A stretch of 59,794 nt of DNA, filler included. It is 5 parts of 5 records of this genome, joined end to end, with 100 filler letters (N's around TTAATTAATTAA, not from the genome) between each part and the next. Parts side by side here need not be neighbours in the genome. Positions count along the whole stretch, not along the records: positions 1 to 25,221 come from SRR31147125_5432; 4 more parts are not named here. One strand, 5' to 3'. Of the stretch, positions 1 through 9,927 are shown piece by piece (within the stretch, counting starts at the first letter, position 1; the number at the start of each line of letters is the position of its first letter). The notes under the pieces were generated by a model. It worked only from the letters and a program-made list of their open reading frames with translations. It was not told the DNA's origin and did no database searches. Position numbers and translations under genes: made by a program.

Positions 1-87
1 AAAAAGAAAAATGTGATCGCGGGATATCCGCATATTCATTTTTATTCTAATTTTGAGTTTTTAAGAAAGGTATTGATAAATGACTAA
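1..87 (+). CDS. cbiA: Cobyrinate a,c-diamide synthase, 3' end only
   Basis: Frame 1 reads KKKNVIAGYPHIHFYSNFEFLRKVLIND*, matching the CbiA/CobB C-terminal YxHxHF motif; it overlaps the cbiC start. Confidence 0.75.
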   Translation, partial: KKKNVIAGYPHIHFYSNFEFLRKVLIND

Positions 88-712
88 GTACTTAAACGAC
101 CCTATGGGGATAGAAAACAAGAGTTTTGAGATTATTGCAAGTGAAATGGGAGACCATGAATTTTGTGACAGAAAGCTTGCTATATTAAAGAGGATTATTC
201 ATACAACTGCGGATTTTGAGTATGCTGATTTAATTATATTTAAAGGAGAAGCTATTGATAGGGCTTTAAACGCTATAAAAAGTGGATGTAAAATATATAC
301 TGACACCAACATGATAAAGGCTGGAGTTAATAAGCGAAAATTAAGTCAGTTTGGATGTGAGCTTGTTAACTTTGTTGCTGATGATGATGTAAGAGAAGAG
401 GCGAAAAAAAGAGGCGTTACAAGATCTACAGTTTCTATGGAAAAAGCGTGTAATGATAGTGATATTAAGATATTTGCAATAGGTAATGCGCCTACCGCAC
501 TTTTTACCTTGTTGGAATTAATAGAAAAAGGACAAGCAAGCCCTGATGTAATAATCGGCGTTCCTGTTGGTTTTGTTGGAGCAAAAGAGAGCAAGCAGGA
601 GCTGTTGAGAAGTGATATGGATAGCATTTTGATCAACGGCAGAAAGGGAGGATCTACTGTTGCTGTTGCTATTATAAATGCACTGTTTTATATGTTGGAT
701 AACGAAAGATAA
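80..712 (+). CDS. cbiC: Cobalt-precorrin-8 methylmutase
   Basis: RIIHTTADF, AIGNAPTAL, GVPVGFVGAKESK and GRKGGS motifs. Confidence 0.95.
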   Translation: MTKYLNDPMGIENKSFEIIASEMGDHEFCDRKLAILKRIIHTTADFEYADLIIFKGEAIDRALNAIKSGCKIYTDTNMIKAGVNKRKLSQFGCELVNFVADDDVREEAKKRGVTRSTVSMEKACNDSDIKIFAIGNAPTALFTLLELIEKGQASPDVIIGVPVGFVGAKESKQELLRSDMDSILINGRKGGSTVAVAIINALFYMLDNER

Positions 713-758
713 TGAAAATTGATTTTAATCTATGATTAACTTTTGGGATTGAGAGACG

Positions 759-1880
759 ATGGAAAAATCTATTTTAGTAGGGGATAAAAATTTAAGATAC
801 GGATATACAACTGGGTCTTGCGCGGCTGCAGCTACTAAGGCTTCGCTTAATATGCTTTTTACAAAAAAAGAGATTCCATATATAGGCCTTTCTACGCCAA
901 AGGGATTTGATATAAAACTTGAAGTTTTAGATATTGAGATAACAGATGATTATGCTGTTTGCAGTATAAAAAAAGACAGCGGTGATGATCCTGATATCAC
1001 TAATGGTATGCTTATTTATTCTAAAGTAAAAAAAATTGATAGCGGTATCGAGATATTTGGTGGAATTGGGATTGGTAAGGTTACTAAAAAAGGGCTCAGC
1101 GTTGAAGTTGGGAAATCTGCTATTAACCCTGTGCCGTATAAAATGATTGAATCGGAAGTTTTGGAAGTATGCAGAGTTTTTGGTTATAAAGGTGGGGTGA
1201 GCGTAGAGATTTTTGCACCGCAAGGGGTGGAGCTTGCTAAAAAAACTTTTAACGAAAAACTTGGTATTGTTGGAGGTTTATCAATACTTGGAACTACGGG
1301 TATTGTTGAACCTATGAGCGAGAAGGCGCTTTTGGATACGCTTTATTTAGAGCTTGATGTAATAAAGGCTAAAGGTAAAACGGATGTTATGTTTTGCCCT
1401 GGTAATTATGCTACCAGATTTGCAAAAGAAGAACTAAACCTTGATACAAGTAATTATATAAAGATAAGCAACTATGTTGGTGATATGTTTTTAGCGGCAA
1501 AGGCGAATGGGTTTAAAAGAGTTTTATTTATATCACATATAGGAAAAGCGGTTAAACTAGCAGGCGGCATGATGAATACTCATTCTAAATATGGAGATTG
1601 TCGAAAAGAAATTTTTGCTAGCTGTGCAGTTACATGTGGCTGCGATATTGATTTAGTAAAGAGTATTTTGGATTGTAATACTACTGATGAGATAATAGAT
1701 ATTATAAAGAAGGATAGTAAGTATCAAGATATATTGGATAATCTATTGAATAAAATATATAGTGAGCTTACAAGAAGGATACATGGTGCTTTGAAAATAT
1801 CGATTGTGGTTTTTTCAAATTTGCATGGTGTGCTTTTTAAAAAAGATGAACACGGACTGGTTGAGGAGTTTTTAATATAA
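759..1880 (+). CDS. cbiD: Cobalt-precorrin-5B C1-methyltransferase
   Basis: LRYGYTTGSCAAAA, KDSGDDPDIT and GGLSILGTTGIVEPMS motifs. Confidence 0.95.
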   Translation: MEKSILVGDKNLRYGYTTGSCAAAATKASLNMLFTKKEIPYIGLSTPKGFDIKLEVLDIEITDDYAVCSIKKDSGDDPDITNGMLIYSKVKKIDSGIEIFGGIGIGKVTKKGLSVEVGKSAINPVPYKMIESEVLEVCRVFGYKGGVSVEIFAPQGVELAKKTFNEKLGIVGGLSILGTTGIVEPMSEKALLDTLYLELDVIKAKGKTDVMFCPGNYATRFAKEELNLDTSNYIKISNYVGDMFLAAKANGFKRVLFISHIGKAVKLAGGMMNTHSKYGDCRKEIFASCAVTCGCDIDLVKSILDCNTTDEIIDIIKKDSKYQDILDNLLNKIYSELTRRIHGALKISIVVFSNLHGVLFKKDEHGLVEEFLI

Positions 1881-1953
1881 GCAACATTATTTTCATTGCT
1901 ATTTGTGCGTTTAGCGCTTTGAGTAGTTTTTAGTGAAAGGAATGGATTTTGAT

Positions 1954-2589
1954 ATGGGAAGTATTAGCGTTATTGGGTTAGGCCCAGGACATACGGATTA
2001 TATTCTGCCTATAAATAAAAGAGAGATAGAAAGCTGCGACACTATAATTGGGGCGGCGAGAAATATTGAATCTATAAAGGCTATTTATATTAAAAATATT
2101 GTTTTACTGGATGCTGGACTTGAAAAGTGTATAGAGTATGTACATAAAAATTTTGAAAAAGAAAAGATTGGCGTTGTAGTTTCGGGCGATACCGGTTTTT
2201 ATAGCCTGCATAAGTATTTATGTAAAAACTTAAATGGCGTTAAAATAAAAACCTTTGCTGGGCTTAGCAGTATGTCTTTGATGTTTTCGCGGTTGAATTT
2301 TAGCTATGATGATGCGTTGTGTGTTAGCTTGCATGGCAAAAATTTTGATATTATAAGTGCAGTTGAAAATTATGATAAGGTTGGATTTTTAACCGACAAA
2401 AAACATAGCCCAAGCTATATAGCTTTGAGTTTACATGATGCTGGTATTAAAGATAGGGCTTTAGCTATTGGTGAAAGATTATCTTATAAGGACGAAAAGG
2501 TAACTAAATTGAGGATAGATGAAGCTGTCGATTTTGAAGGTGATAGTTTATGTGTGGTGGTGGTTTATGATGAAAAAATACGAGTATAA
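1954..2589 (+). CDS. cbiE: Cobalt-precorrin-7 C5-methyltransferase
   Basis: VIGLGPG, SGDTGFYS, SLHG and GERLSY motifs; ATG at 1954 preferred over the ORF-track GTG at 1933 (AAAGGA upstream). Confidence 0.9.
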   Translation: MGSISVIGLGPGHTDYILPINKREIESCDTIIGAARNIESIKAIYIKNIVLLDAGLEKCIEYVHKNFEKEKIGVVVSGDTGFYSLHKYLCKNLNGVKIKTFAGLSSMSLMFSRLNFSYDDALCVSLHGKNFDIISAVENYDKVGFLTDKKHSPSYIALSLHDAGIKDRALAIGERLSYKDEKVTKLRIDEAVDFEGDSLCVVVVYDEKIRV

Positions 2590-3148
2590 GGGTATTGGTA
2601 TTTGTGATGATGAGTTTATAAGAGGACAAGCACCTATGACGAAACAGGAGGTAAGGGTATTATCCTTATCAAAGCTTCATGTGCAAAAAGATGATATATG
2701 CATGGATATTGGTGCTGGAACTGGGTCTTGTACTATTGAGTTAGCATACCTTTGTAAAAAGGTTTTTGCAGTAGAAGTTAATAAGGATGCTATAAAATCT
2801 ATTAATGAAAACATAGATAAATTTGATTGTGATAATATTGATGTGATATCTGGCACTGCACCAGATGTTATTAAAGACATTGGGAATATTGATAAGGTTT
2901 TTATTGGAGGAAGCAAAGGGAATCTTACTGAGATATTTAAATGGTTATCAGGATTTAAACAAATTAAAGTTGTTTGTAACTTTATAACGTTAGAAAATGC
3001 AACCAAATGTATTGGGCTATTTAGAGAATACGGATATAAGGAACTTGACGTATGCCAAGTTATGATAAGTAAAGGTAAATTTGCTGGTGATATTACTATG
3101 ATGGTGGCTAATAATCCTGTTTATATTATAAGCGGCAGTAAGTTTTGA
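2567..3148 (+). CDS. cbiT: Cobalt-precorrin-6B C15-methyltransferase (decarboxylating)
   Basis: PMTKQEVR, DIGAGTGS SAM motif, VFIGGS, NPVYII; start at 2567 or 2570. Confidence 0.9.
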   Translation: MMKKYEYKGIGICDDEFIRGQAPMTKQEVRVLSLSKLHVQKDDICMDIGAGTGSCTIELAYLCKKVFAVEVNKDAIKSINENIDKFDCDNIDVISGTAPDVIKDIGNIDKVFIGGSKGNLTEIFKWLSGFKQIKVVCNFITLENATKCIGLFREYGYKELDVCQVMISKGKFAGDITMMVANNPVYIISGSKF

Positions 3149-3161
3149 AGGGATAAGGGAT

Positions 3162-4235
3162 TTGAATAAGTTTGAGCATGGTGGACAAGTTTGGCAAGGA
3201 GATAAAAATAGTTGGATAGATTTTTCATCCAATATGAACTTGCTTGGTACACCAGAATTTGTGCATAAAGCGATAGATGAAGCAAAGCATGATATTGGGT
3301 TTTATCCTGATGTTAGTATGCAAAAAGCAAAACTTGGGCTTTGTGAGTTTTTGGGTATTGGCTATGAAAATGTATTGCCTACTAATGGCGGTATAGGGGC
3401 TCTTGATCTTGTTATTGGGAGAAAAAGCCCAAAGCGAATTGTTTGTTTTACACCTTGTTTTGTGGAATATGAGCGGATATCGAATATAAACAAAATTCCT
3501 TTTGTGCCAATTAGCGTATTATCTGATGGCAAGGTTGTTGTGGATTTTGAAAAGCTTGAAAGCACCTTGCAAAAAGGCGATATGCTTATTGCTTGTAACC
3601 CAATAAATCCTATTGGCTATGCTTTTTTGAAAAAAGATATTGAAAGGATGATATCAGTAGCCAAAAACGTAGGTGCGGATATTTTGATTGACCAAGCTTT
3701 TACTTGGTTTTGTAACGAGTTTTCTGCTGTAAAAAGCATTTATGATTATGAGCATGTTATGATTGTAGGATCGCTTACTAAGATATTATGTATACCAGGC
3801 ATTAGGATTGGGTATGTTGTGGCATGCGAAAAAGAGATATCGAAGATTTCATATTATCAAACACCTTGGGCTATATCCTGTTATGCTTCGAAGGTATGTG
3901 AGAGCTTAGGCCATAAAGGAGCCGGAGACTTTGTATTAAAGAGCGAGAAACAAAACAATAAAGCTAGAAAACAGATGGAAAAAAAGCTGGATAAGATGGG
4001 CGTTAAAAGATATGCATCTAACGCTAACTTTATTCTATTGGATATTGAAAGCTTTGATATTAGTGTAGTAAAAGTGCAAGAGTTGTTAAAAGATAAAGGT
4101 ATTTTGGTTAGAAATTGTGAAAATTACATAGGTTTAAACGAATATCATATGAGAATAGCTATAAAAAACGAAGAGATCAATAGGTTGATGCTTGATGCTT
4201 TGGATAAGATTTTGAAAGGTGAAAATAATGAGTAA
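3162..4235 (+). CDS. cobD: L-threonine-O-3-phosphate decarboxylase (PLP class I/II)
   Basis: HGG...DFSSNMN N-terminus, CNPINPIG, SLTK...PGIRIGY PLP lysine; located in the cob operon. Confidence 0.85.
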   Translation: MNKFEHGGQVWQGDKNSWIDFSSNMNLLGTPEFVHKAIDEAKHDIGFYPDVSMQKAKLGLCEFLGIGYENVLPTNGGIGALDLVIGRKSPKRIVCFTPCFVEYERISNINKIPFVPISVLSDGKVVVDFEKLESTLQKGDMLIACNPINPIGYAFLKKDIERMISVAKNVGADILIDQAFTWFCNEFSAVKSIYDYEHVMIVGSLTKILCIPGIRIGYVVACEKEISKISYYQTPWAISCYASKVCESLGHKGAGDFVLKSEKQNNKARKQMEKKLDKMGVKRYASNANFILLDIESFDISVVKVQELLKDKGILVRNCENYIGLNEYHMRIAIKNEEINRLMLDALDKILKGENNE

Positions 4236-4986
4236 GGTTTATTTTATTGGTGCTGGCCCTGGTGACCCAGAACTGTTGACACTAAAGGGTAAAAGGATTA
4301 TTGACCAGGCGGATTTGATTATATATGCAGGATCGCTTGTTCCAAGAATGGTAATTGAAAGCTGTAAGAAAGAAGCTAAAGTTTTAAATAGTGCATCTAT
4401 GAATTTAGATGAGGTTTTGGACGAGATGATTGCAGCGGTAAGCCAAGAAAAAATTGTTGCTAGGGTTCATACTGGTGATCCTTCTATCTATGGTGCTATA
4501 AGAGAGCAGATAGATAGGCTGAAAGAAAAGAATATTGATTTTGAGGTTGTTCCTGGGGTTTCTTCTTTTGTTGCAAGTGCTGCTGCGATTGGTGCGGAGT
4601 TTACTTTGCCGGCCGTTTCTCAAACGGTTATTTTAACCCGTATGGCAGGGAGAACGCCTGTGCCTGATAAAGAGAACCTTGCTAGTTTGGCAACACATAA
4701 AGCGTCTATGGCGATATTTTTATCGGTAGGTATGATTGATAAAGTTGTGGATGAACTTTTGACATCTTATGATAAATCTACACCAGTTGCTGTTGTACAA
4801 AGAGCATCGTGGGATGACCAAAAAGTAGTTTTTGGGACGCTTGATGATATTGAGCAAAAAGTTAAGGGTGCTAATATAACAAAGACAGCACAGATACTTG
4901 TTGGTGATTTTTTGGGTGAGGATTATGAGCTTTCTAAGCTTTATGATAAAAGCTTTACGCATGAATATAGAAAAGGTAGCAAGTAA
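4228..4986 (+). CDS. cbiF: Cobalt-precorrin-4 C11-methyltransferase
   Basis: GAGPGDPELLTLKG, RVHTGDPSIYGAIREQ, SQTVILTR and LYDKSFTHEYR motifs. Confidence 0.95.
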   Translation: MSKVYFIGAGPGDPELLTLKGKRIIDQADLIIYAGSLVPRMVIESCKKEAKVLNSASMNLDEVLDEMIAAVSQEKIVARVHTGDPSIYGAIREQIDRLKEKNIDFEVVPGVSSFVASAAAIGAEFTLPAVSQTVILTRMAGRTPVPDKENLASLATHKASMAIFLSVGMIDKVVDELLTSYDKSTPVAVVQRASWDDQKVVFGTLDDIEQKVKGANITKTAQILVGDFLGEDYELSKLYDKSFTHEYRKGSK

Positions 4987-4989
4987 AAT

Positions 4990-6021
4990 ATGAGAAGTTG
5001 TGAGTGGGTATTTGTATCATTAACTAAAAAAGGTCTTTTGCTTTGTAAAGAGTTGAATGAGGCTTTGGGCGTTGATGCGCAAATTTTGACGACCCAAAAA
5101 CGAAAGCAGGAGTATACTTACAACTTTGATAAGTTTTTGGACATAATTGATTATGCTTTTGAAAAGAGTAAGACCATTGTTTTTGTTATGGCGACTGGTA
5201 TTGTTGTTAGAGCTATTAAGGACAAAATAATTGACAAGACAAAAGACCCAGCTATACTTGTTTTGGATGAAAAAGGTGAATATGTTATACCGCTTCTTTC
5301 TGGTCATATTGGAGGAGCTAATGAAAAGGCAAGATTTGTAGAGAAGGTTTTTGGCGCAAGAGCTGTTATTACCACCGCTTCTGATGTTTGCGGTAAATGG
5401 GCTGTAGATGAGATAGCGAATAAGCTTGGGTGCAATATAGATGATATGACCAAGGCTAAGGATGTTATGGCTATGATTGTAAATGGCGATAGGGTTATGA
5501 TTAACTACGAGCAGTGCGATTTTGGGCTTATATATGATACTGTCGATAATATTGCACAGTATGATGGAGCCGTTATTGTAGGGGAAGATAATTTTGATAA
5601 TAAGTATTTAAATGTAGTAAAGCTTACACCTAAGAAAATTGTTATTGGAATGGGGTGTAAAAGAGGAACGAGTTATGACAAGATAATAACGATTATTGAT
5701 AAAAAGCTTGAAAACTTAGGGCTTACATATAAAGACGTTTTGGCGTTAGCTTCTATAGATATTAAGCTTGATGAAGTAGGGCTTATAAAAGCTTGCGATA
5801 GGATTGGTTGTCAATTTATTGGCTTTTCGGCTGATGATATATCTGAGGTTGAGCATGAATTCTCTGGTTCTAGTTTTGTTAAAAAAACAGTTGGGGTTAG
5901 CTGTGTATCTGAGCCTTGCGGGTATTTAGCATCAAGCTATGGTGAGCGAATCTGTGATTTAGAAAAAAAGGATGGAGTGACTATTTCGGTATGGAAAAGA
6001 AGATTAGTGATAAAAAAATAG
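4990..6021 (+). CDS. cbiG: Cobalt-precorrin-5A hydrolase
   Basis: MATGIVVR, DPAILVLDE, LLSGHIGGANE, GMGCKRG and VGVSCVSEP motifs. Confidence 0.93.
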   Translation: MRSCEWVFVSLTKKGLLLCKELNEALGVDAQILTTQKRKQEYTYNFDKFLDIIDYAFEKSKTIVFVMATGIVVRAIKDKIIDKTKDPAILVLDEKGEYVIPLLSGHIGGANEKARFVEKVFGARAVITTASDVCGKWAVDEIANKLGCNIDDMTKAKDVMAMIVNGDRVMINYEQCDFGLIYDTVDNIAQYDGAVIVGEDNFDNKYLNVVKLTPKKIVIGMGCKRGTSYDKIITIIDKKLENLGLTYKDVLALASIDIKLDEVGLIKACDRIGCQFIGFSADDISEVEHEFSGSSFVKKTVGVSCVSEPCGYLASSYGERICDLEKKDGVTISVWKRRLVIKK

Positions 6022-6740
6022 TGGTTGTGGGTACTGGACCTGGTAAAAAAGAGCATATGACGCTTGCGAGTATTGAGGCGATTGAGCAAGCAGATATTAT
6101 TGTTGGGTATACTAGATATTTAAAGCAAATTGAGCATTTGACTGATGGTAAGGAGCTTGTTTCGAATGGCATGCATGGCGAGGTTGAAAGATGCAAAAAG
6201 GCTGTTGAGCTTGCTGATAGTGGAAAGAAAGTTGCGCTTGTTTCTGGCGGTGATGCTGGTGTTTATGGTATGGCTGGGCTTGTTTTTGAGATTGTAAAAA
6301 AAGACAACTTTGACGTGGAAGTTGAGGTTGTACCTGGTGTTACATCGGCAACGGCAACTGCTTCAATTTTAGGAGCACCGCTTATGCATGATTTTGTAAC
6401 CATTTCGCTTTCAAACTGGCTTACTGATATTGAGCTTATAGAAAAAAGGATTGATTGTGCTGGCATGTGTGATTTGGTTGTTGTTATATATAACCCAAAA
6501 AGCAAAGCGAGACCAGATATAATAGATAAAGCAAGGGATATACTTTTAAAATATAAAGATAAGGATACTCCTGTTGGTATAGTTAAAAATGCATGTCGCG
6601 ATGGACAAAAGGTTCAGCTGACTACATTAGCAGATATGTGTGAGTGTGAGATAGATATGAGTACTACTGTGATTGTGGGTAATGGTTCAACCTTTGTGGT
6701 TGATGGGTCTATGATTACGCCAAGAGGCTATAAGGTATGA
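5991..6740 (+). CDS. cbiH: Cobalt-factor III / precorrin-3B C17-methyltransferase
   Basis: SGGDAGVYGMAG, GAPLMHDF, YNPKS, DMSTTVIVGN and TPRGY motifs. Confidence 0.95.
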   Translation: MEKKISDKKIVVVGTGPGKKEHMTLASIEAIEQADIIVGYTRYLKQIEHLTDGKELVSNGMHGEVERCKKAVELADSGKKVALVSGGDAGVYGMAGLVFEIVKKDNFDVEVEVVPGVTSATATASILGAPLMHDFVTISLSNWLTDIELIEKRIDCAGMCDLVVVIYNPKSKARPDIIDKARDILLKYKDKDTPVGIVKNACRDGQKVQLTTLADMCECEIDMSTTVIVGNGSTFVVDGSMITPRGYKV

Positions 6741-7429
6741 TAATTGTATTTGCAGGGACATCTGATGCTAGACAATATGCATATGATCTTTTAAAGGAAT
6801 ATGATGAAGTTTTGGTATGCGTTGTAACTGAATATGCTAAAAGTTTGTATAAAGATTATCCTGGCTTAAGTGTTTTGGCAAAAAAACAGGATAAGCAGGG
6901 TATTATAGGTTTAATTAATAAACATAATCCTGAAAAAATTTTTGATGCAACTCACCCTTATGCGAGTGAGATATCCTGTAATTTAAAGCAAGTTTGTGAG
7001 AGCCTTGATGTTGCATATATTCAAAAAACAAGAGAGAGCTATTTTGATTTTGAAGATAGTGCTGTTAGTTTTTTTGATGGATATGAGGAGTGCGCAAATT
7101 ATTTAGCTAGAAAAGAAGGGAACATTTTATTGACCATAGGGAGTAGAAGGCTTAGATACTTTGTTGGTAAAATTGATATCAATAGGATGACGGTTAGAAT
7201 TTTGAGCAGCTCCAAGGTTTTATCTGAATGTGAACAGCTTGGATTTTTACCTAAAAACATAATTGCGGCACAGGGTCCTTTTTCTAAAGCAAACAATGCA
7301 GCTTGTATTGTCGACAATGATATTAAATATCTTGTTACCAAGGATAGCGGTGTTATTGGAGGCGTTCATGAAAAATTTTTGGCTGCAAAAGAATGTGGTA
7401 TAGAAATCTTGGTTATTAAGAAAGGGTAG
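6737..7429 (+). CDS. cbiJ: Cobalt-precorrin-6A reductase
   Basis: FAGTSDAR, DATHPYA, QGPFS and LVTKDSG motifs. Confidence 0.92.
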   Translation: MIIVFAGTSDARQYAYDLLKEYDEVLVCVVTEYAKSLYKDYPGLSVLAKKQDKQGIIGLINKHNPEKIFDATHPYASEISCNLKQVCESLDVAYIQKTRESYFDFEDSAVSFFDGYEECANYLARKEGNILLTIGSRRLRYFVGKIDINRMTVRILSSSKVLSECEQLGFLPKNIIAAQGPFSKANNAACIVDNDIKYLVTKDSGVIGGVHEKFLAAKECGIEILVIKKG

Positions 7430-7432
7430 CGA

Positions 7433-8971
7433 ATGGGTAAAGATAAAAAAACGAATTCTGTTATGATGCAAGGCTGTGCATCTTCCGTTGGGAAGTCTGT
7501 TTTAGCGGCGGCACTTTGTAGGATTATAAAACAGGATGGATACAGCGTTGCCCCTTTTAAGTCTCAAAATATGGCGCTTAATTCTTTTATTACAGAAAAA
7601 GGTCATGAGATGGGTAGGGCACAGGTTGTTCAAGCAGAGGCAGGTGGGGTTTTGCCTGATGTCAGCATGAATCCAATACTTTTAAAGCCTACTAGCGATA
7701 AAAAGAGCCAGATTATTGTAAACGGTAAGGTTTATGCTAATATGGATTTTATTGAGTACCACGCAATTAAACCCAAGCTTAAAGGTATGATATTAGATAC
7801 GTATAAAAAACTATCTGAAAGCTATGACTATATAGTGCTTGAGGGGGCTGGTTCTCCTGCTGAAATCAATTTGGCCGAGGGCGATATTGTAAATATGGGT
7901 ATGGCGGATATGGCTGATTGTCCAGTTATCTTGATTGGTGATATTGACAAGGGTGGTGTTTTTGCTTTTATTGCTGGTACATTACAACTTTTAGATGAGC
8001 GACATAAAAAGCGTGTGAAGGGAGTTATTATCAATAAATTTAGGGGCGATAAAGATATTTTACAGCCTGGCATTGACATGCTTGAAGATATTATAGGCAT
8101 TCCTGTTTTGGGCGTTGTTCCTTACACGGATGTGGATATTGAGGATGAAGATTCTGTTTCTGAAAGGTTTGATAGGGTCGTAAATAGTGGTGATATTGAT
8201 GTATGCGTTATTAAACTTCCTCATTTAGCTAACTACACTGATTTCAATGTTTTTTCGTTGGAGAAAAATATCAACTTTCGATATGTAGACAGTTTGGATA
8301 AGATTGGAAACCCAGATTTAATTATAATACCTGGGACTAAAAACACTATTGAGGATTTATTATACTTAAAATCAGTAGGGTTTGACGAATATATTATAAG
8401 ACATGCGAGAGCCGGAAAGCATGTTGTGGGTATATGTGGTGGGTATCAAATGCTTGCTAATAGTCTTTGTGACCCGCATCATACAGAATCGCGTGTGGAA
8501 AGTATAGCTGGGCTTGGGCTTTTGGATATGGATGTTGTTTTTGAAAAAGAAAAAATAACCACAAGAGTTGAGGCGAAGGTTTTGGATGATATGAGCGGAA
8601 TGCTTTCGGGGTTATCTGGTTCTATTTTGGAAGGCTATGAGATTCATATGGGGATAAGCACTTTTGGCGAAGATGTTAAAAAGGCTATTAACATTGTTGA
8701 ATCTAACAAGGAGAATGTATGCCATTTAGATGGCGTTTCTAATTTGAGTGGCAATGTTTTTGGGACGTATATTCATGGCGTGTTTGATAATTCGGCTTTT
8801 CTTCGAGGTATAGTTAATAATATAAGAGCCTTTAAGGGATATAGCGCAGATGATTCAAAGACTATATCTTTTGATGAATATAAACAAAGAGAGTATGATA
8901 GGTTAGCTGATATTGTTAGGAATTCTTTGGATATGGATATGGTTTATAAGATTATGCGAGGTGAAGTTTGA
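7433..8971 (+). CDS. cbiP: Adenosylcobyric acid synthase
   Basis: VGKS P-loop, PFKSQNMALNS, EGAGSPAEIN, GICGGYQML, GYEIH and GTYIHG motifs. Confidence 0.96.
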   Translation: MGKDKKTNSVMMQGCASSVGKSVLAAALCRIIKQDGYSVAPFKSQNMALNSFITEKGHEMGRAQVVQAEAGGVLPDVSMNPILLKPTSDKKSQIIVNGKVYANMDFIEYHAIKPKLKGMILDTYKKLSESYDYIVLEGAGSPAEINLAEGDIVNMGMADMADCPVILIGDIDKGGVFAFIAGTLQLLDERHKKRVKGVIINKFRGDKDILQPGIDMLEDIIGIPVLGVVPYTDVDIEDEDSVSERFDRVVNSGDIDVCVIKLPHLANYTDFNVFSLEKNINFRYVDSLDKIGNPDLIIIPGTKNTIEDLLYLKSVGFDEYIIRHARAGKHVVGICGGYQMLANSLCDPHHTESRVESIAGLGLLDMDVVFEKEKITTRVEAKVLDDMSGMLSGLSGSILEGYEIHMGISTFGEDVKKAINIVESNKENVCHLDGVSNLSGNVFGTYIHGVFDNSAFLRGIVNNIRAFKGYSADDSKTISFDEYKQREYDRLADIVRNSLDMDMVYKIMRGEV

Positions 8972-9927
8972 GTTTAGTATACTTATATATAATAGGCTTT
9001 GTTTTGGATATAATCTTTGGTGATCCATATTTTATGCCGCATCCAGTTAAAATGATGGGGAAGTTTATTTCTCTTAATGAAAAATGGATTAGAAGCAAGG
9101 CTACAAATGAAAAACAAATGAAGCTTTTTGGACTTTTGCTATTGGTTTTAACTGTTTTGTGTTCTATGGCTGCTTGCTTTTTGATGTTATATGTATTAAA
9201 ACAGATTGGTAATATTGCTTATTATCTGGGTGTGATATATTTTTCTTACGCATGTTTAAGCACTACTTGCCTTGCAAGTGAGGCTAAAAAGGTTGCAGTA
9301 AAATTAGATGAATCGCTTGAGAAAGCGAGGGTGCAAGTTGGGTTTATTGTAGGCAGAGATACTAAAAACCTAACTGAAAAGCAGATTGTGAAGGCTACAG
9401 TTGAGACTGTTGCTGAAAACACTACAGATGGAATTGTCGCGCCGCTTATATATCTTTTTATCGGCGGACCTATTTTGGCTATTGGGTTTAAGGCGGTGAG
9501 TACTTTGGATTCTATGGTTGGGTATAAAAACGAAAAATATAAGGATTTAGGATATTTTTCGGCTAAGCTGGATGATGTTTTAAACTTCTTGCCGGCAAGA
9601 ATCTCTGGTTTTTTAATGTGCGCTTCGTCCATTTTGGTGGGGCTCGATTTTAAATCTGCATTTAGAATAATGAAGCGAGACCATGCGAATCATCTAAGCC
9701 CTAATTGCGCATGGACAGAAAGTGCAGCTGCTGGGGCTCTTGGGATAATGCTTGGCGGAAGCCATGACTATTTTGGGGAAATTGTAGAAAAGCCTACTAT
9801 TGGTGATGATATTCATTTGCCAAAAAAAGAGCACGTATATAAGATGAATATTTTAATGTATGTAACTTCATTTATTGCACTTGGAATGAATGTATTGATC
9901 TTTTTTGGGGTGAGTAAGTTTATATGA
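8968..9927 (+). CDS. cbiB: Adenosylcobinamide-phosphate synthase
   Basis: GDP...HPV, IVGRDT, ETVAEN, TLDSMVGYKN and HLSPN motifs; membrane helices. Confidence 0.95.
   Translation: MSLVYLYIIGFVLDIIFGDPYFMPHPVKMMGKFISLNEKWIRSKATNEKQMKLFGLLLLVLTVLCSMAACFLMLYVLKQIGNIAYYLGVIYFSYACLSTTCLASEAKKVAVKLDESLEKARVQVGFIVGRDTKNLTEKQIVKATVETVAENTTDGIVAPLIYLFIGGPILAIGFKAVSTLDSMVGYKNEKYKDLGYFSAKLDDVLNFLPARISGFLMCASSILVGLDFKSAFRIMKRDHANHLSPNCAWTESAAAGALGIMLGGSHDYFGEIVEKPTIGDDIHLPKKEHVYKMNILMYVTSFIALGMNVLIFFGVSKFI

Noticed and set aside
1934-1956. TGAAAGGAATGGATTTT before cbiE, repeated before the ASKHA gene (about 22658) and similar before hemC
   Set aside because: Explained as an extended Shine-Dalgarno plus spacer
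7427-7435. cbiJ TAG stop in frame with the cbiP ATG (possible amber readthrough or pyrrolysine fusion)
   Set aside because: Both proteins look complete on their own, no pyl genes are visible, and in-frame neighbours are expected by chance (cbiF-cbiG is also in frame, with TAA)
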